DNA from: Amphiscolops sp. MND2022
Lineage: Eukaryota
Assembly (NCBI GenBank): GCA_964187785.1
Contig: OZ076413.1
Location: 48,486,001 to 48,550,000, forward strand
DNA: 64,000 bases
Reading direction: 5' to 3'
Shown one piece after another: positions 59,830 through 64,000 of the stretch. The position numbers were made by a program, and so were the translations under genes. The notes under the pieces are model-generated. The model saw nothing but the letters and a program-made list of their open reading frames with translations. It made no database searches and was not told where the DNA came from. Within the stretch, counting starts at the first letter, position 1. The number at the start of each line of letters is the position of its first letter.

Positions 59830-61083
59830 TCACTTGAACTGTACAAAAAGATGATCTTCGAAAAAACGATAGCGCGTGCTGTTCTTCAGTTCGGAACCTC
59901 CAAATTTGTGGTAAAACTTTTTAGCCAGTTCGTTCCACTCCAGAACTACCCAATGCATTGATTTACAGCCTCTTCGATCTCTAGAACGAATGGCAACTTG
60001 CGAAAACATTTCACCGCCAATTCCACATCCGCGATGCTCGGGTTGAACATACAGATCCTCCAAGTAGACGTATTTGCCCCATCTGAACAAAAAACAGTAC
60101 TTTGAATATTCGCATTATGGAGACATTCGAATTGATAGCAAACTCATTGTATCTTACTCGGATCCAAAACTAGATAGTAGCTTCAAATTATAAACCAAGC
60201 ACAATTTAGAGGTAAAACACAAAATGGCCGTTAGATCAGATTCCATAAGCGATACAAACTAGCGCCATTGAGGGGTTTTCTCTATTCTGGTTTTCACTTT
60301 CTTAGTCGGCGCTTCGTGAAGTGAAACACGGCTATACTATACTTTTTCAATCCACATGAACTGGCCAAGATCTACGATACAAAGTTATACGAAATTTTAT
60401 GGTGTCACATTGAACCCTATTGGCCCAGGGAACTGAACCAAAAAGGGCGAGACTAAAGGCCCTTTCAGCTTTTTTCGGCATTGTGAGACTTTTTTTGGAA
60501 AGAAATTTGATGTCTCCAATAGATCCCCCTTCATTTCTTTGATATTTTGCGACAGAATGGATGTTGAAAAATCTCAAAGGGTCCCCCTTTTAGCGCGCCA
60601 ATTCGGTCCATCTTTTGGGTTTTTCGGGTACTATAAAAGAATACTTGACACTTTGGATAGACGACATACATACGAATTAGGAAGTTTCAACTGAATTCAT
60701 TTTTACCCACAAAATGTCGATTCATTTCATATCCCGAAAGACGTGAAATTTCTATACTGGAAACGAAACAAACAATTAGTGATTGACTTTTCCAACTACA
60801 AAAACGATTGAAAGATTGAATTGGATAAAAACCTCAATGAAAACCCTATTTGAAAAAGAGCGTATCCAACAGCGTTCCAAACTTCGTTTGTTTTCACTTC
60901 TGCGATCAGGGCTGAATACCACGGAGTTCCCTCGCCAAACGCGTCATTGATTAATTTCTGTTCACTCATGTTATTCAGGTGGGACATCTCTTCGTAAGAA
61001 GCCAGCTCTGCAATCAGAGTGCACACACTTGCACAGTCCGATTCCTCGGCGTCTCGGATTCTAAACTCTCTATCACAGGCCAT
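59830..61083 (-). CDS. GNAT-family diamine/thialysine N-acetyltransferase (SAT1/SAT2-like), 2 exons (61083-60833, 60082-59830), 167 aa
   Basis: FRIRDA..D...LIAELASYE N-terminus, WGKYVYLEDLYVQPEHRGCGIG acetyl-CoA motif A, VLEWNELAKKFY motif B; phase-2 GT-AG intron joins in frame (504 nt CDS). Confidence 0.9.
60301..60655 (+). mobile_element. HINE-like family copy (3'-truncated) inside the acetyltransferase intron
   Basis: ttagtcggcgcttcgtgaagtgaaac start, gaactgaaccaaaa core, ggcattgtgagact unit. Confidence 0.7.
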
Positions 61084-61579
61084 TGTTGAAACTTCTGGAA
61101 AAATCAACTTGGTATTGAGGACTATTGAAACTCACTTTAAGGCTGAAACTGAAACGTATCGGATAATTCTCCAAATTTCTATTTTTTCTAACTCATTTCT
61201 TTCATGATTTTATCATATCGACTACTATTAATCTATGTCAGTAAGGCATGGGACGCTTGAACACCCTACAAAAATCTGGCTGTACTGGTTATTTGCTTAA
61301 AATTTAGAACATTCTTGGAGCATTTCGTCAGGTCGGTTTCGGATTCAAACATTAGAAGGATTCCACATAATGATACGGATATTGAACTTTCATGTGGTAC
61401 AGAAACTAATTTCCGGTTTTATCAAGTTTCTGACCTTCCGAACTAAAATTTTTCACAAGGAGACGAATAAACAAGAACATAAATTATTTCTCACATCCAT
61501 TAAAAATAACTTATCTCAACATTGAAAAATTATCTACAATAATTTATAGTAACAAAAATTTATTAATCATTGCAAGATA

Positions 61580-64000
61580 TCACAACTCATCAGCTGATCC
61601 GTAAGTTTCACGGAACATGCTGATGAAAACACTTAAATGTGTTCTGAATTCACTTCCACCACAGGCGCTGAAAATACAGAAAATTTCGTCGCTCAGCGAA
61701 AAACAACTTTTCGCCTCTGAAGCACATTCCAACGGGTCTTGGTCTTCAGAAACAACGGAATGGGTAGAAAAGTGGTGACATATTTTCGACAAATGTCCCC
61801 GAAGGTTGTTTTTGTTGCCTTTGTTGAACGAAAACTTTTGAGCAATAGTGAATGATGTAGATTGAGATTTTGCGGGGCCTTTAGCTCTGGGGGATTTGTC
61901 AAGATGGAGGTCACCATCATCGATGTTTTCGGCGCCTGAATTAGTTTCTCGAGCACCGCCCCGAGTTGTATCTTTGTGACATGCAGTGGATGTGTTTTTA
62001 TTCCAGTTATTCAACTGCCATTCGAATAGAGCTGTATCCAGAGAAGAGTGCTCCCATTGAAGACGCTGAAACCAAAAGTCGGTCAGCTGGGGGGGAAGGG
62101 AAATGGAAATTCATTAGCAAAAAACATAAGTTGCAACAAAGCTTCAATTACAATTAATTGAGATCACAGTAATACGGTTTTTTGATAAACTTGAAATTTT
62201 CAATGAAAGGTCGGGAGAAAAAAGTGGATGATAATACGAGTGCATAATTAGTCAAAAATTTGTTCCTACTCCTACAAAAAATTCAAGAATCTTCCATCAT
62301 CGAAGGCATTTCTCCCGATAATCAAAAGTTTCAGAAATATGAGCGAAAAATGCAGTGTTCCTAAGATTATTATCAATTAGGGGTTCCATTCTTTCATCAC
62401 ATTGCTGTATATAATTGCATTTTGCAGCTTACTTGTATATCCACGGATGTCTTGAATTTTCTGCACTGTCGGAAGAAGTTTCTCAGCACAGATACTTCAT
62501 CCAATTTTATAGCGACTTGTCTCAAATCAGGCTCGTACAGTAGATCAGCGGCAATCACCTTCCCTGCATCTTTCACCTGCTCAGGTTCAAGCACTTGAAA
62601 TTTTGACTCTCCTTCGTTATTTGCTGACGCTTCTGTCGTGACTTCCGCATTACTGACAAGTTTCTTTAGCTTTTCTTTTTTCCTCGGATTCCTGGGAAGA
62701 CCTCCTAATTTGGCGAAGTAGGCAGAGAAGTTGTTGTTTTTCAGGAGATTGACAAAATAAGTTAATCTCACAACATCAGCATAGTTTGAGTCGTCGTGAA
62801 GTTTGGAGTTGTCTCCAAGCAAGAAGAAATAAGACGGGACCTTCGAGGAGTTCAGAAGTACAGAATGAGCCCATTGAGACCATTTAAGCGCGATTTGTTT
62901 CACTTTTTTATGCACACAGCAGTCGATGACAATCTTTTTCATGAAGTATACTGAGACGAATATGAAAACGTCGAAACGAAACAAGTTCGAGCTCATTGAA
63001 GAGTGATCAAGTCGGTTATCCTGGAAAAAAACAAACACTCGCGGATGACTCATAACCATTTGAAAATGCTAACAAGGCAGGGGACATAACCAATTACTCA
63101 CACAAAAATTTTGTCAATTGAAAACAACAATGTCAACTAACTTTAATAGACGACAAAATTTAGTTGAACATCCAGAATCTCGGAAAAATCCGGATTAGAC
63201 AAGTTTCTAGATTACATAATATTCATAGTTTTCTGCAAGTACTCCATACATCTTGGTTTTAAAGGTAAAAAGGGACAGTGCGTACTGAAACCACGGAGCT
63301 ATATCACGCAGCAAGCTTCTAGCAATTGATTGAAAATCTATTCTAGCATAAATCATCTACAAGGTAAGTGATTTTGATGAACACAATATATAGCTACTAA
63401 CTCGCCACTTCAGGAGTTTTGCGTGGAATATTTGCATGAGCCTCGCACAAACTGAACTGAGGGACAAAGGAAGATTGAGCAGCTCCAAAGCCTTCTCACA
63501 GCAGTGTTTGATCAAAACACCTTCAGTGTTCAAACCAGCACTCCTTGAAAGAAGAGTTGTCGATCGCTGACCTAAAAGCTAAATACATGGAACTAAAAAC
63601 CTGATCGCTGGTTTTTCATAACTAGTTTTTCAATTCAGAAAAAAAACAACTCACTCTGTAAATTACAACGACATGAATCAATGCAGAAGGTAAGTATGGA
63701 AGAAATGTTCAATTCAACTCAAAAAAACCTCAAACTCTCAAAAAGATGAACGCCCTTTTTCTAGACAATTACCTCACCTTATAAAGAATGAAACTGGTTT
63801 TGCGAATCCTTCGAGGCAGGTGACAAAAGTCCAGAGAGATCCAGAAGGCAAGTTCGTGTTTGGTTAACACAACTGAAGGTAGAGCATGAGTGAAGTCCAG
63901 AAACAAGAGTTTGTTATGGACGATGTCTTTGACCATGTTGCAAATAAACAGCACGTCACTCAGAGGCGTTCGGGCGAGGGTAGCAGCCAAGTAGAGAGTA
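61580..64000 (-). CDS. 3' part of a multi-exon protein-coding gene (exons >64000-63778, 63566-63402, 63020-62433, 62065-61580); tentatively TAF1B/Rrn7-like
   Basis: Four open segments joined by phase-0 GT-AG introns into one frame. LYLAATLARTPLSD...LLFLDFTHALP and LELLNLPLSL loosely recall the TAF1B/Rrn7 cyclin-like fold; the gene model is better supported than the product name. Confidence 0.6.

Overview
AT-rich eukaryotic (metazoan-like, GT-AG introns) genomic window dominated by transposable elements; the species cannot be identified from sequence alone. It contains: (i) a decayed BEL/Pao LTR retrotransposon (8174-16066); (ii) a 16.6-kb retrovirus-like Ty3/Gypsy element (19221-35814, AATTT target-site duplication) with ~3.1-kb LTRs, gag, pol carrying a TARG1/OARD1-type macrodomain between RNase H and integrase, an env-like class I fusion glycoprotein and a further orphan ORF after env; (iii) a very young, intact Mag-like Gypsy element (45195-51140; 221-bp LTRs differing at 1 site, TG...TA ends, WLDD RT motif); (iv) a 1.7-kb solo LTR, an internally deleted hAT element, and many copies of a Helentron/DINE-like non-autonomous repeat. 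Host genes are a two-exon SAT-like GNAT acetyltransferase, a multi-exon gene running off the right edge (tentatively TAF1B/Rrn7-like), and a disrupted secreted PAN-like/EGF/tandem-domain gene with a paralogous first exon at the left edge. The most striking non-genic structure is two back-to-back, spacer-less 350-bp palindromes with arms of exactly 175 bp each (7113-7818).
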